Shown here piece after piece: positions 1-11,572 of a stretch of DNA of 64,000 nucleotides. The notes under the pieces were generated by a model. That model ran no database searches and was not told the DNA's origin. It was given only the letters and a program-made list of their open reading frames with translations. A program made the translations under genes and the position numbers. The stretch's first letter is position 1. Every line of letters begins with the position of its first letter. This DNA is from Blastocatellia bacterium (lineage in GTDB: Bacteria > Acidobacteriota > Blastocatellia > Pyrinomonadales > Pyrinomonadaceae): contig CAWAZW010000003.1 of assembly GCA_963786645.1 (NCBI GenBank), forward strand, positions 6,410-70,409. Direction: 5' to 3'.

Positions 1-183
1 CGTTTCGGCAACAAAGCTTAAAAAGCGTTTCTTCCTCTGCAACGTTCTCGTTCGAAAAGGTTATAGAACCGAGCCAAAGCGCCATATATGCGTTGGCTGA
101 ACAACCGCGAAAGGACCGAGGCTAACGACTTTACCTGGGAGGGTAAGGCTTTACCTTGGTTGTGTCGCATACAAGGATCTCCA

Positions 184-3100
184 ATGAAAAACCACCGGAC
201 GGTCGCAAATGCGTCAGGGCAACTGGCAGCCTTAATTCTGTTGATCGCTGCACTGGCAATTTCCACAGCAGCACAATCAAATAAGGGATCCATAACCGGG
301 ACTGTTAGGGACCAGCAAGGCGCTGCGATCGTGGGGGCCACGGTTGTCGTCACAAATACGGAGACGAACGCCGAACGCACGGTCACCACGAACGACGACG
401 GTGGTTACGACGTACCTCTCCTTGATCCGGGCAACTACCGCGTTGCCGTTAGCCAAACCAACTTCAGCCGCACGATTCAGGAAAACGTAACTGTAAACAC
501 GGATTCGAAGCAGTCAGTTGACGTGGTCCTTCAGGCCGGTGGCGTAGGCGCGGATGTTACGATCACTACTGGGCCGCAACTCATTGAAACTGAAAACAGC
601 GACCGTGGAAGTGTCGTGACGGGACGCGAAGTTACTGAGCTGCCACTTTCCGGCCGCAACTTTACACAGCTTGCGACCCTCACGCCGGGCGTTTCGCGCG
701 TCACTATAGGCACTCTCTCGGACGCTCGTGCGAACAACAACGGTGACCCAAATGCCGGCGGACAGGGACCGGGCGGCGGCGATTCCCGAGGGTCTACGGA
801 AGCGGCACGCTTTGCTCGCTCAGGTGGCGCGGTGCTTTCCGCCAACGGTCAGCGCCCAACCAACAACAACTTTTCAGTTGACGGCGTTGACAATAACGAG
901 CCGCAATTTGGCACTATCGGCGTCTTCGTAAACCCCGATGCTATCGCCGAGTTTAAAGTCACGACGAGCGTTCCTCCTGCGGAAATCGGTCGCGCGGGCG
1001 GCGCGGTGATCAATACGAGCTTTCGTTCGGGCACAAATGAATTTCACGGTTCGCTCTACTATTACGGACAAAATTCCGCGCTTAACGCTTACCATCCCGT
1101 GCTCAAGCGCAAGCGCGTTCGAGGCCCAGGCACGTAACGACCTTGTGATCCCTACTAAGGCCGTCCAGCAGATTCACGAATTCGGCGGAACCATCGGGGG
1201 TCCTATCGTAAAAGACCGATTATTCTTCTTCTTCGACTACCTGGGCGGGCGCAACAACCTGCCGACGCCGCTGTCTTCGACTGTTCCGACGGCGGATGTG
1301 CGCAACGGCATCTTTGGCACAACCTACACCAGCACGAGAGATTGTGGGCGGGGAATTTCTGGTGTCATATGCGACGCTACGACCGGGTTGCCCTTTCCGG
1401 GTGCCACGATTCCTGCGGGTCGCATCAGTCCTCAGACAAGAACGTTCTTTAATTTATTTCCGGACGCGACGGCCGTCAGACTAAATCCGGGCGAGTTTTC
1501 CAACAACTTTTTTTCACAGCGCGACGTTAAGGAAAAGATCGACAACTTTGACATCAAGCTCGATTACAAAGTGAGTGACAATAACTCGTTAAGTGGTCGT
1601 TTCAGCCGGCAAAACTTCTCCGCCATTCGGGGTTCATTCTTTCCACAGGTTCCAGCCGGGTTCGGAGCGGGCGACGAAATCGGGAACACGCGCCAAGTGG
1701 TCATCACCGACACGCATACATTCAGCCCGACAATTCTCAACGAGTTTCGATTTGGGTTTACCAAGATCAATATCGGGATTCTCAACTGCGGCGTTGGCGG
1801 CGCATGCGGTATCAGCGAAACCTTCTCGGCCGACGTGGGAATTCCCAACGTCAACGATGGAACCTTTGAGCAATCTGGCTCAATTTTGACTGGCGGCTTC
1901 GGCAACGGTTTCGTCGAGTTCGCAGGCGATGGTGGTCCATTTATCGTCAACAGCAAGAATCCGTACTTCGCAGATACTCTGACAATAATAAAAGGCAACC
2001 ACTCGATTAAGTTTGGCGGCGAGATGCGCCTTCGCTACCTGGAGACGATTGATGGCGGACGCACCGGCGGCTTAAAGGCTAATCTCGCTTACGCGGATAA
2101 TGGTCCTGCCACCGGTACCAATTTGGCCTGCCCAGTCGCCTCGCAGGGGCCGGCTTTCGTTCCCGCGACCGGGGCTGGATGCTTCGTTGATGTCAACGGG
2201 ATTGCCTTCGGCGGAACCGGACTGGCCATCGCTAACATGTTGGATGTTCGCGTTGCGTCGCTCCAAACTTTCCGTGGAAGTGTTCCTGGCGGAGCGTTCA
2301 ATCTTCGGGGACAAGAATATGGCTTTTTCGTCCAGGACGACTTCAAGGTGAGCGACAAGCTCACACTGAATCTTGGACTTCGTTATGATCTCTTCCCAGC
2401 AGCTACCGAAACTTCGGGACGGCTCGGAAATTACGATCCCGCTTCGCGGACAGTCATGCTGGCTTCCGGCAGTGACGACAGCCTGATCGAGACTGACAAA
2501 AACAATTTCGGCCCGCGTGTTGGTTTCGCCTACGCATTAGGCGCGGAGAGGAACATGGTGATTCGCGGCGGTTACGGATTGCTATACACTCTGGACGCGA
2601 CTGATCGCCCGCCTCTCGTCAATAATCCACCTTTCACCAATAGCATCACTTTTAACAACGCGTTCGATAGTTCGACGCCGCGCAGCGTGTTTAATCTGAC
2701 AACGGGCCCGCCGAACGTGCCCACCATAAGTCCGACCGCTTTGATATCGCCGGGTGGAGCTATCACGGTGTTTCGAATGGATCCTGAGCAGCAGACCGCT
2801 ATGGTCCATCAGTTTAATATTGGTTACCAGGTTCAATTGGGCCGCGACTATGCCTTCGACATAGGATACGTGGGTAACCGGACACGCAATTTGCTTCAAA
2901 CCCTGGACATAGGAGGCAGCGGCACGGCTGAGGCGCGCAACGCTGGTGGCGCTTTCCTTGCTGGTCGGTTCTACACGAACCGAGCTCGGGCGAATTACGA
3001 CGCAGTTCAGATGCAATTGCAGAAGCGTCTCTCTGGAAACATACAGGGCCAGATCTCCTACACCTTCAGTCGAAATCGCGACGACTCAACCGGCGTCTTC

Positions 3101-3743
3101 CAGGGAATTGGCGAGGGACGCGGATCGCAAGGTGGTCCACAAAACCCATTTGATCTTGACGCTGAATACGGAGTCTCTTCACTCGACGTACCGCATCTGC
3201 TTTCGGCTAATGCGATCATCGACGTGCCTTTTGGAAAGGGTCAGCGGTATCATGAATTCCAGTGCCGCAGCCGACAAGATTCTCGGCGGCATACAGTTGA
3301 ATTTCATAGTCAACGGACGTAGCGGCTTTCCGTTCACTGTGGTTGACGGCGATAACGGAAGTCGCCGAGCCAGCCTGATCGGCGACCCATTCGCCAGCGA
3401 CGAACGGGCGCTATCTTGAACCGAGCTGCTTTCGCCCCGGCTGGCGGCCCATGTCCGGGGCCTAACTGTGTTATCAACGCTGCCGGTACAGCCATCCGTT
3501 TCGGCGACCAGCCACGCAATACCTTTAGAGGGCCGGGATGGATTCGAACAGACTTCTCGGTATTCAAAAACACGGGCCTGACGGAGAGTCTGAAGATGCA
3601 GCTTGGGACTGGAGTTCTTTAACCTCTTCAATCAGGGAACTGACACGGTGCCGGACAATAACATCAGAAGCGGTAACTTCGGGTTATTTGACTCAGCGCT
3701 TCCAGCTCGTGTGATTCAATACCGCTTGAAGTTTCTTTTTTAA
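184..3743 (+). CDS. TonB-dependent outer-membrane receptor with N-terminal carboxypeptidase-regulatory-like domain (4 frameshifts as assembled)
   Basis: ORF fragments 88-1137, 1037-3322, 2946-3419 and 3416-3622, plus an unlisted tail ending at TAA 3741-3743, read as one protein. It has a signal peptide (MKNHRTVANASGQLAALILLIAALAISTAAQ) and a CarboxypepD_reg-like segment (GSITGTVRDQQGAAIVGATVVVTNTET). A plug motif (LPLSGRNFTQLATLTPGV) and a C-terminal ...VIQYRLKFLF typical of TBDR barrels follow. The ATG is at 184. Confidence 0.85.
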
Positions 3744-3833
3744 GGTGTGACTGGAGCGGCGCACTCTTCGCCGCGAACCTGGATTTTCGGAAGCGATAGA
3801 GCGGTTGGCTATCGCTTCCCGCGCTTCAACAAA

Positions 3834-3870
3834 ACGACCGGGCCCTACGATGCGAGGACGGTCGTTTTTT
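3834..3870 (+). terminator. Rho-independent terminator after TBDR
   Basis: Stem acgaccg (3834-3840) pairs with cggtcgt (3859-3865) and is followed by a T-run to 3870. A perfect 10-bp hairpin gaagcgatag/ctatcgcttc lies just upstream at 3790-3818. Confidence 0.55.
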
Positions 3871-3886
3871 ATTACAATTGATTCGC

Positions 3887-5473
3887 ATGCCGCCGGCATC
3901 GTTTCCCTCCATGAGAGTTCGTACGCTTAAATTTGTCGTAGTCTGCTTCTGTTTTAGCGGAGCGTCTGTATTCGGCCAGTCCACTGCGTCGCCTTCAGCG
4001 TCCGCGGGCGCCGCGCCGCGTTCCCATGTTGAGCGTTTTAGCAGTCAACAATCGCGGGCGGAGCGGGCTGAGATTGACGCCTCGGCGAAACTCAAAGCCA
4101 ATCCCAACGACGCTGAAACATTGAACGCTCGAGCTTATGCGCGTATGGGCCTGGGCCGTTATCTCGAAGCCGTGGAGGATTTGCGTCGCAGCGTCGCAAT
4201 CAATCCGAAAAATGCCGATTACTACGCTAATCTGGGGTACGCACTTTGGAAGACAGGGAAACATGAGGAGGCTATCGCCGCCGAACGCACTGCTCTCAAG
4301 CTCGATGAAAAACATTTCGCGGCTAACTACCAACTGGGACGCTTCGTTCTACTAAGTGGAGATTCAGGCCAACTGCAAGAAGCGGCTCGCCACTTGCGAA
4401 GGGCGATCGAGATTGATCCACGCCGTTCTGAAGTCCGGTTTGATCTGTTAACGGTCTATCGCAAATTGGAGGATCAGCCCAACGCGATTTCACAATTGAA
4501 TCTTTTGCAGGACGCGCGCCCATCCGACCCGCGCGTTCTTTATGCCGATGGCCTGCTGGCATCTGATCGCGGCGATTTGAATAGCGCGATCACCAGCTTC
4601 AGAGAGGCTTTGCGACTTGACCAGTCACTATACGGAGCCTGGCAGGATCTCGGTCTGGCATTGCTACGACAGCAGAAATGGCCCGAAGCAATTGAGTCGT
4701 TTTCTGAATTGGCGAGAAGACAGGCCGATTCAGTTGAAGGTGCATACCTGCACGCGCTGGCCTTGTTTAATGCGGGTCGCACCTCGGAAGCAGAAAAGGA
4801 AGCAAGGCGAGCACTCCGACTCGACGCGGGGGCTGCCGCTGCCCACACACTTCTCGGAATAATCCTTGCAGCCCGTCGCGGACATGATGCCGAGGCGGCC
4901 GAATCACTTAGCCAGGCCGTCGCGTTGGATCCGAAGAGTTTTGACGCGCATTTTTATCTCGGGCGCGTTCAGTATGCGTTGCAGGATTACTCTGCTGCGG
5001 CAAAGACTTTGAAGGTCGCCACTCAACTGAATAGCAAGCACGCTGAAGCCAGGTTCTTTCTCGGCACGGTGCTCGAAGCGGCTGGAGAAAACTCCGCGGC
5101 GCTTCTGCAATACCAGGAGCTGGCAAAAATCGACCCGCAATCTGCAATCGGTCAGGTAGGTTTGGGGGCGGGCCTGGTAAAGCAGGGCAAGATTGAGGAA
5201 GCGATTGCCGCGCTCCGTCGCGCCGTTTCTCTTGACCCGAAGATATTCGAGGCACACTGGGCGATGGGCCGGGCTTTATTCCTGTCTGAGCGTTTTCCTG
5301 AGGCTGTTGACGCTCTTAAGTCGGCGATTGCTCTGGAACCGAATCGCTCCGACGCACATTACCAATTGGGGCTGGCGCTTAAACGACTGGGCCGTAATGA
5401 AGAAGCTCAACGCGAGTTTGATGTGGTTAAGACTATCAACGCGGAGTTTCGTTCCCGCACGCTGCCAGACTAG
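3887..5473 (+). CDS. secreted tetratricopeptide (TPR) repeat protein
   Basis: Intact ORF 3878-5473. It has a signal peptide (MRVRTLKFVVVCFCFSGASVFGQ; ATG candidates at 3887 and 3911). Many 34-residue TPR units carry the recurring A..Y.LG....G...EA...... A(L/I)..DP pattern. Confidence 0.8.
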   Translation: MPPASFPSMRVRTLKFVVVCFCFSGASVFGQSTASPSASAGAAPRSHVERFSSQQSRAERAEIDASAKLKANPNDAETLNARAYARMGLGRYLEAVEDLRRSVAINPKNADYYANLGYALWKTGKHEEAIAAERTALKLDEKHFAANYQLGRFVLLSGDSGQLQEAARHLRRAIEIDPRRSEVRFDLLTVYRKLEDQPNAISQLNLLQDARPSDPRVLYADGLLASDRGDLNSAITSFREALRLDQSLYGAWQDLGLALLRQQKWPEAIESFSELARRQADSVEGAYLHALALFNAGRTSEAEKEARRALRLDAGAAAAHTLLGIILAARRGHDAEAAESLSQAVALDPKSFDAHFYLGRVQYALQDYSAAAKTLKVATQLNSKHAEARFFLGTVLEAAGENSAALLQYQELAKIDPQSAIGQVGLGAGLVKQGKIEEAIAALRRAVSLDPKIFEAHWAMGRALFLSERFPEAVDALKSAIALEPNRSDAHYQLGLALKRLGRNEEAQREFDVVKTINAEFRSRTLPD

Positions 5474-5492
5474 AAGAGCATTCGATCTGCAG

Positions 5493-7179
5493 ATGACTAG
5501 AAGAGAATCCATCCACAGGCTGGAGTGCCGGGTCAGCGTCGTGACGCGCTTTGCGCGTCATTTGATTTGCTTTGCCATCGTAATTTGTCTTTTCACTTCG
5601 GTTGCCGCCCAACGACGACAAGCTGGCAGCAAGGCCGCCACCTCTCGCGGAGATGGCGGCGTCGCATTGAATGCTACGACGCGGGCCGCGCTTGATTCGG
5701 CCATCGCTGCTTTAGAGGCTAATGATTTAGAGAGCGCCGAACGGGCTGCTCGCCAGGCAGTCAAGTCTGCTCCCCGGTCTCCAATTCCACGTAACGTGCT
5801 CGGCGTCATCCTGGACAAGAAAGGCAGATCAGACGAAGCGCTGGTGGAAATTAACGCAGCGATCCAATTGGACCCCAAGTTTGTCAGCGCCCGAAACAAT
5901 CTCGGACGAATATTGGCGCAGAGTGGCAAGACCCAGGCCGCAATTGCCGAGTTTGAGCGCGTCCTGGCCCTCGACCCAACGCACATCCAGGCCCATTACA
6001 ATCTGGGCGCGTTATATGGAGATGCTGGAGACTTTATTAAAGCCGCCGAACACCTGGCGCGTGCTCGTGCAAGCAACCCGGATGATCCTCAATTGGGACT
6101 GGCATTTTTGAATGTGGCTTACCGGCGCAAACCGAACTACCGAGGCAAAAGCAGCTGCGGACCTGATCGAAAGACAGTATGCCTCCCAGCCGAAAGGTCT
6201 CTTCACTCTGGGAACAGTATTAGCGCAAAACCAACAATACGAACACGCAGTGCGGGTTTTTGAACGCGCAAACAAAGCAATGCCCCACACATTCGAGGTC
6301 CTTTACAACCTTGGAGTGGCGCTCTTTAACCTGGACCGAAATGATGAAGCGGCGAGCGCTTTGGCCGAAGCTGCAGATATCGATACAACCGAGCCGGCAA
6401 CCCACTTCCGTCTTGGGTTGATCGCCAGCACCCGAAACGACCATGCTAATGCCATTGAAGAGTTCAGGCATGCAACTGAGAGAGACGCGAAGAATGCGAC
6501 CTATCATTACATGCTGGGGCGCGAGTATTTTCGGGTCGGTTTTTGGGAAGGGGCCATCAATGAGTATTCGGCGGCAATAAGTCTTGAGCCGAAACAGGCG
6601 GCGTACGTTCTGGCGCGAGCCAACGCGAATTATCGGAAGGGCGAATGGACCGCCTCGGCGATTGATTTCGATTTGGCGGCCGTCCTGGATCCGAAAATAG
6701 AAAACATTGAATACCTTCAGGGCTATGCCCAGAGAGCGGCCGGAAATTTTGATCGGGCTCGCCAACTATTGGAATCTTTTCTCGCTACTAAGCCGGACCA
6801 CCTGGACGCGTTGGCAAGTTTAGGTTATGTCGCCATCGAACAGGGACGACTTGACGAAGCCGAGGCGCCGTTAAAACGCGCGCTAGCTTTGCAGCCCGAC
6901 AGTGTTCCTGTCTTGTATGACTATGCGCGCCTTGCTCTCAAGCGACGCGACTTTGCGGAAGCTGCTGCACGTCTGCAACGAGTAGTCGAACGAAATCCAA
7001 CTCATACACAAGCGCGTTACCAGCTTTTTCTTGTTTATTCACGGATGAAGCAACCTGAGAAAGCCCAGGTTCAATTAGTAGAATTCAAACGGCTTGAGGC
7101 GTTAGAGAGACAAGTAAAGCAGGAGCGCATTCTGGACGAGAAGTTGCGCGCCCAGCAAATGATCGGTCAAGGCCAGTAG
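5493..7179 (+). CDS. TPR repeat protein with N-terminal signal/anchor (1 frameshift near 6120)
   Basis: Fragments 5193-6263 and 6112-7179 are both TPR-rich. The real start is ATG 5493 (MTRRESIH...LICFAIVICLFTSVAAQ), just after the stop of the previous gene. Confidence 0.75.
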
Positions 7180-7192
7180 TAAAGTCGAACTC

Positions 7193-7987
7193 TTGGTGGT
7201 GAATTCCCCGGGTATCACATTTCGGAAGGCTTCCGTTGTTGCGGTCATAGTACTCCTGGCCTGCGCGCCCCATATGGCCCAGCAGGACGTGCTTAAGAAG
7301 CCTTTCCGGCAGTGGACAGAAGCGGAAGTCACAAAGATCCTAAATGATTCGCCTTGGGCCAAAACGCAGGCAATCCGCGTATTGCGCCGCAAGCAAATGC
7401 GCTCCGTGGCGGGCCAGGTTAGCGAGGTGCCCACCGCTTCCTCTCCTGACGGGCATGTTGCTTTAGGAGGCGCCGAGGATGCTGTTGATTACAGGTTCAC
7501 TCTTCGCTTGCGTTCTGCCCGGCCGGTTCGAGAGGCGATTGTGAGGCTGGTCCAACTCGAATCGAAGTATGACCAATTGCCGCCTGAACAGCGGAAGTCA
7601 ATCGATGAGCAAACAAAGCAATTATTAGAATGTAACGAATGCCGGGACAATTATATCGTTAGCGTTGGTTTCGGCTCCCTTAATAGTCAGAACGTCGATT
7701 TGGTTTACGACTGGTTCAAAGGGCAAACAGTCGCCTCTTTGAAAGGATATATTTATCTCGCAAATGAACTTGGTGAGCGACGGGATCTATTCAATTTTAT
7801 TGCGCCCAAAGTTCCGGGCGACGAAGTGTTCTTCTTTTTCGCGCGGCTCGACGAGAATGGAAAGGCCTTAATCACCTCGCGTAGCAAAAAGTTGCTCTTT
7901 CGCATGAGCGACAAGAATGCAGGCTCAGTAACCAATTTCAATCTGGACGTCGCCAAAATGATCCTGGACGATGAGCCAGAGTTCTAA
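7193..7987 (+). CDS. hypothetical secreted protein
   Basis: Intact 264-aa ORF, 13 nt after the previous stop and co-directional with it. It has a signal peptide (VVAVIVLLACAPHMAQQ). I recognise no family. Confidence 0.6.
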   Translation: MVVNSPGITFRKASVVAVIVLLACAPHMAQQDVLKKPFRQWTEAEVTKILNDSPWAKTQAIRVLRRKQMRSVAGQVSEVPTASSPDGHVALGGAEDAVDYRFTLRLRSARPVREAIVRLVQLESKYDQLPPEQRKSIDEQTKQLLECNECRDNYIVSVGFGSLNSQNVDLVYDWFKGQTVASLKGYIYLANELGERRDLFNFIAPKVPGDEVFFFFARLDENGKALITSRSKKLLFRMSDKNAGSVTNFNLDVAKMILDDEPEF

Positions 7988-8022
7988 GGCCCGAAGATTC
8001 GTCATAGCGATTGAAGCGCCTG

Positions 8023-9929
8023 ATGCGAACGTCAAAAAATCCGTCAGCAGTGAATCTCGCGGGCGCCGTCATACTTATTCTTGCCGTTGCCGGCGTATGC
8101 GCGTCTCAACAGCCGGGACCACCCAAAATCATAAAGGTTGAACCCCCTTCATGGTGGGCTGGCCACACAATCAACCCGGTAAGGCTGCTCGTTCGTGGGC
8201 AGAACCTCTCGGGTGCGCGCGTCCGCGCCACCACGCCGACATTGCAAACGTCAGGACTCCGCATTAATGACCGGGGGACTTATCTCTTCGTTAATGTGAG
8301 AGTCAATGCCAATGCCAGGCCTGGGGCCTACCCACTCATCGTGGAAACCGCGACGGGCCGAGCAACAATCTCTTTTCAGGTTGAGCCGCCTCTTAACCCG
8401 CGAACACGGTTCCAGGGAATCAGCGCCGATGACGTGATTTACCTGATCATGCCGGACCGCTTTGCGAATGGCGATCCGTCAAACGACAAACCTGCTGACT
8501 CTCCGCCCGAGGCCAACGATCGTAAGAACGCTCGCGCTTATCACGGCGGCGACCTGCGGGGCATCATCAATCGTCTGCCATATCTGAAAGCACTCGGTGT
8601 CACAGCGCTCTGGTTAACGCCCTGGTATGACAATTGGAACGGCGTAAACAAGTGCGATAAGCCGTGGTGTCCAAACACCTACTACCATGGCTACCACGCT
8701 ATCGATTATTACGCGGTCGAGGATCGCTTCGGCGACATGGCGACGCTACGCGAGCTGGTCGACAAGGCACACGCCTCCGGCATCAAGGTGATTCAGGACC
8801 AGGTGGCGAATCACGTGGGATCGCGCCATCCATGGGTCCACGATCCGCCGCTCGACGATTGGTTTCATGGAACGCTCGCAAAACATTCGCTGAACAAGTT
8901 TCAGAACAGCACTCTCCTCTCGCCACACGCCAATCGCGATGAATTCAGAAACACACTCGACGGGTGGTTCAATGACGATCTGCCTGACATGAACCAGGAA
9001 CAACCTGAGGTTGCACGTTACGAAATTCAAAACTCGTTGTGGTGGATTGGAATCACCGGGCATAGACGGCGTGAGGCAGGACACGATCCAGTACATGCCG
9101 CGGTTTTTTATACGCGATCTGTCAGATGCGCTCCATCGCCAGTATCCGCGAATGTGGATGGTGGGTGAAGTATTTGAACGTGATGCCGCGCAGACCGCGT
9201 TTTTTATCGGGGGGACATAGAGGGTGGGACGGGATAGATACCAGGCTCGATTCAGTGTTCGATTTCTCGTTATGGAATACGTCTTTACAAGTCTTTACCA
9301 ACAAGTTACCCGTGCGGGCGTTGCGTGATCAATTGAAGTATGACGCTCTTTACCCTGAGCCCTTGCGCGTAACTACACTACAGAACAACCACGACACGGA
9401 CCGTTTCATGTCTTTGGAAGGCGCAACACTCGAAGGCGCAATGCTGCACCTCGCGTTTACTCTGAGCGTACGTGGGATTCCGCAACTCTACTACGGCGAA
9501 GAGATCGCGATGGAAGGCGGCCACGATCCCGATAACCGTCGCGACTTTCCGGGCGGGTTCCCCGGCGATGATCGCAACGCTTTCGATTCTGGCGGCCGCA
9601 GAGCGAAAGAGCAAAAGATGTATGAGTGGACGCGCGCGTGGATACGTCTGCGCGCGGAGCATCCGGCGCTGAGGCAAGGAAAATTGATCGACCTCTTTTA
9701 CGACGACGATACGTATGTCTTCGCGCGACAGGTTCAAACTGAAACCATCATCGTTGCTTTTAATCGAGCGGATAAGAAGAGGGAAATAACCATTCCGGCA
9801 GCGGCTATTGGGATACGCAGTGGTGCCACACTGGCCCCGCTTTTGAGAACGAGTGTGGCTGTTCCAATCGTGAACGGTAGCGCCACGCTAACAGTTGCTG
9901 CTCGAACGGCAGCCGCGTTCAAGTATTAA
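8023..9929 (+). CDS. GH13 alpha-amylase family enzyme with cyclomaltodextrinase-type N-terminal domain (2 frameshifts)
   Basis: Fragments 8011-9168, 9011-9220 and 9126-9929. The N-domain reads KVEPPSWWAGHTINPVRLLVRGQNL. GH13 regions are DRFANGDPSND, GVTALWLTPW, GIKVIQDQVANH, GIDGVRQDT, MVGEVF and NHDTDRF. The junctions lie at GGG 9058-9060 and G6 9209-9214. Confidence 0.85.
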
Positions 9930-9951
9930 ACTATCCGTCCGACCGACGAAT

Positions 9952-11508
9952 ATGAAATTTCCTCGAGCCAGCGGCATCCTGCTTCATCCCACCTCTCTGC
10001 CAGGTTCTTTCGGCATTGGAGATCTTGGTCCGGAAGCTTATTCCTTTGTCGATTTTCTTGCCGCGGCCGGGCAGAGCCTGTGGCAGGTACTGCCGCTTGG
10101 ACCGACGGGTTATGGCGACTCGCCTTATGCCTGCTACTCCGCTTTTGCCGGCAACACTCTGCTTGTAAGTCCTGAAAAGTTGGTTGATGAGGGCTTACTG
10201 GAGTCGACAGATTTAGAACCTTTGCCCGTCTTGCCTGAACACGAAGTGGATTTTGAAAAGGCGCATGCTTACAAGGACGCGATCCTACAAAAGGCATACG
10301 ATCGCTATCAGCATTCGACTGATACTGCTTTAAGAGTCGGCTTTGAGACTTTCGTGCAGGAGAACGCATCGTGGCTGGACGACTACGCGCTATTTCGCGC
10401 ACTGAAAACTGCGAATGGTGGTGTTGCATGGCACGAATGGGAACAATCGCTCGTAAAGCGTGAGCCTGTTGCCCTGTCGCGCGCGCGCGAAGACTTTCGG
10501 GAGCAAATCAACGCGCACAAGTTTTTTCAATTTCTTTTCTTCAAACAATGGTTTGAACTCAAAGATTACTGCAATCAGCTCGGCGTAAGTCTCGTTGGCG
10601 ACATTCCTATCTTTGTGGCCCACGATTCGGCCGATGTTTGGACTAATCCCGAGCAGTTCAAGTTAGACGCTAAAGGAATACCGCTCGTCGTAGCCGGTGT
10701 GCCCCCTGATTATTTCAGTGCGACCGGTCAATACTGGGGTAACCCGCTATACAACTGGGAACGAATGTTGTTCGACGGTTTCAAGTGGTGGATTGGCCGC
10801 GTGCGCGCCAGCTTGCAAATGGTCGACATAGTTCGAATCGACCATTTCCGAGGCTTTGCGGCTTGCTGGGAAATTCCGGGGGGCGACAACACTGCGGAGC
10901 GAGGACGTTGGGTCGAAGCGCCTGGTCGAGAATTGTTTGAGGCCGTGAAGAGGGAACTGGGCGACTTACCAATCATTGCAGAAGACCTGGGCGTGATCAC
11001 TCCCGACGTGGAACGATTGCGCGACGATTCTGGTTTTCCTGGGATGCGAATACTGCAGTTTGCTTTCAGCAGCGATACTAAGAATATCGATCTCCCCCAC
11101 AACTACCATCAGAACGTAGTAGTTTACACGGGCACTCACGACAACGATACAACGGTGGGATGGTTCAATAGCGCGGCAGGTGAAGGTTCGACACGTACCG
11201 CTGCGCAGATTGCTCACGAACACGATTTCTCCAAGAAGTATCTCAATACCGAGGGCCGCGAAATTCACTGGGATTTTATCCGCGCCGTGTTGGCGTCAGT
11301 TGCAAATACCGCAATTATCCCACTACAGGATTTGCTCGGGCTGGGCACTGAAGCACGAATGAATCTTCCAAACAGCACGAAAGGAAATTGGAGTTGGCGA
11401 TTCAGGCAGGGAGCACTATCAAGCTCGGACGGTACGCGGCTACGTGAGATGACGGAAACTTATGGGCGTATTCCGAAGCGTGAAGTTGAGAGTATGAAGT
11501 TGGACTAG
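9952..11508 (+). CDS. malQ: 4-alpha-glucanotransferase (amylomaltase, GH77)
   Basis: Intact ORF with its start at ATG 9952. The N-terminus MKFPRASGILLHPTSLPGSFGIGDLG is typical of MalQ. GDIPIFVAHDSADVW, RIDHFRGF and the full length also fit. Confidence 0.9.
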   Translation: MKFPRASGILLHPTSLPGSFGIGDLGPEAYSFVDFLAAAGQSLWQVLPLGPTGYGDSPYACYSAFAGNTLLVSPEKLVDEGLLESTDLEPLPVLPEHEVDFEKAHAYKDAILQKAYDRYQHSTDTALRVGFETFVQENASWLDDYALFRALKTANGGVAWHEWEQSLVKREPVALSRAREDFREQINAHKFFQFLFFKQWFELKDYCNQLGVSLVGDIPIFVAHDSADVWTNPEQFKLDAKGIPLVVAGVPPDYFSATGQYWGNPLYNWERMLFDGFKWWIGRVRASLQMVDIVRIDHFRGFAACWEIPGGDNTAERGRWVEAPGRELFEAVKRELGDLPIIAEDLGVITPDVERLRDDSGFPGMRILQFAFSSDTKNIDLPHNYHQNVVVYTGTHDNDTTVGWFNSAAGEGSTRTAAQIAHEHDFSKKYLNTEGREIHWDFIRAVLASVANTAIIPLQDLLGLGTEARMNLPNSTKGNWSWRFRQGALSSSDGTRLREMTETYGRIPKREVESMKLD

Positions 11509-11572
11509 TGGGCTGCCGGAGGCCTTGAAAAGACTTAGAACGGATCCACGAAATTACACGAACGGGCAACGC

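Noticed and set aside
1-183. A possible riboswitch or leader upstream of the first TBDR.
   Set aside because: Only 183 nt are visible. I see just a 5-bp hairpin and a short direct repeat (ctttacc twice). No recognisable cobalamin or other riboswitch core is present.
5193-5492. A 100-codon N-terminal extension of the second TPR ORF that overlaps the first TPR gene. Similar upstream extensions occur at 9895, 14378, 33508, 34931, 41671 and 61697.
   Set aside because: Internal ATGs placed just after the preceding stop give normal N-termini, with a signal peptide or a conserved start, and in several cases an SD sequence. The extensions overlap upstream genes out of frame.
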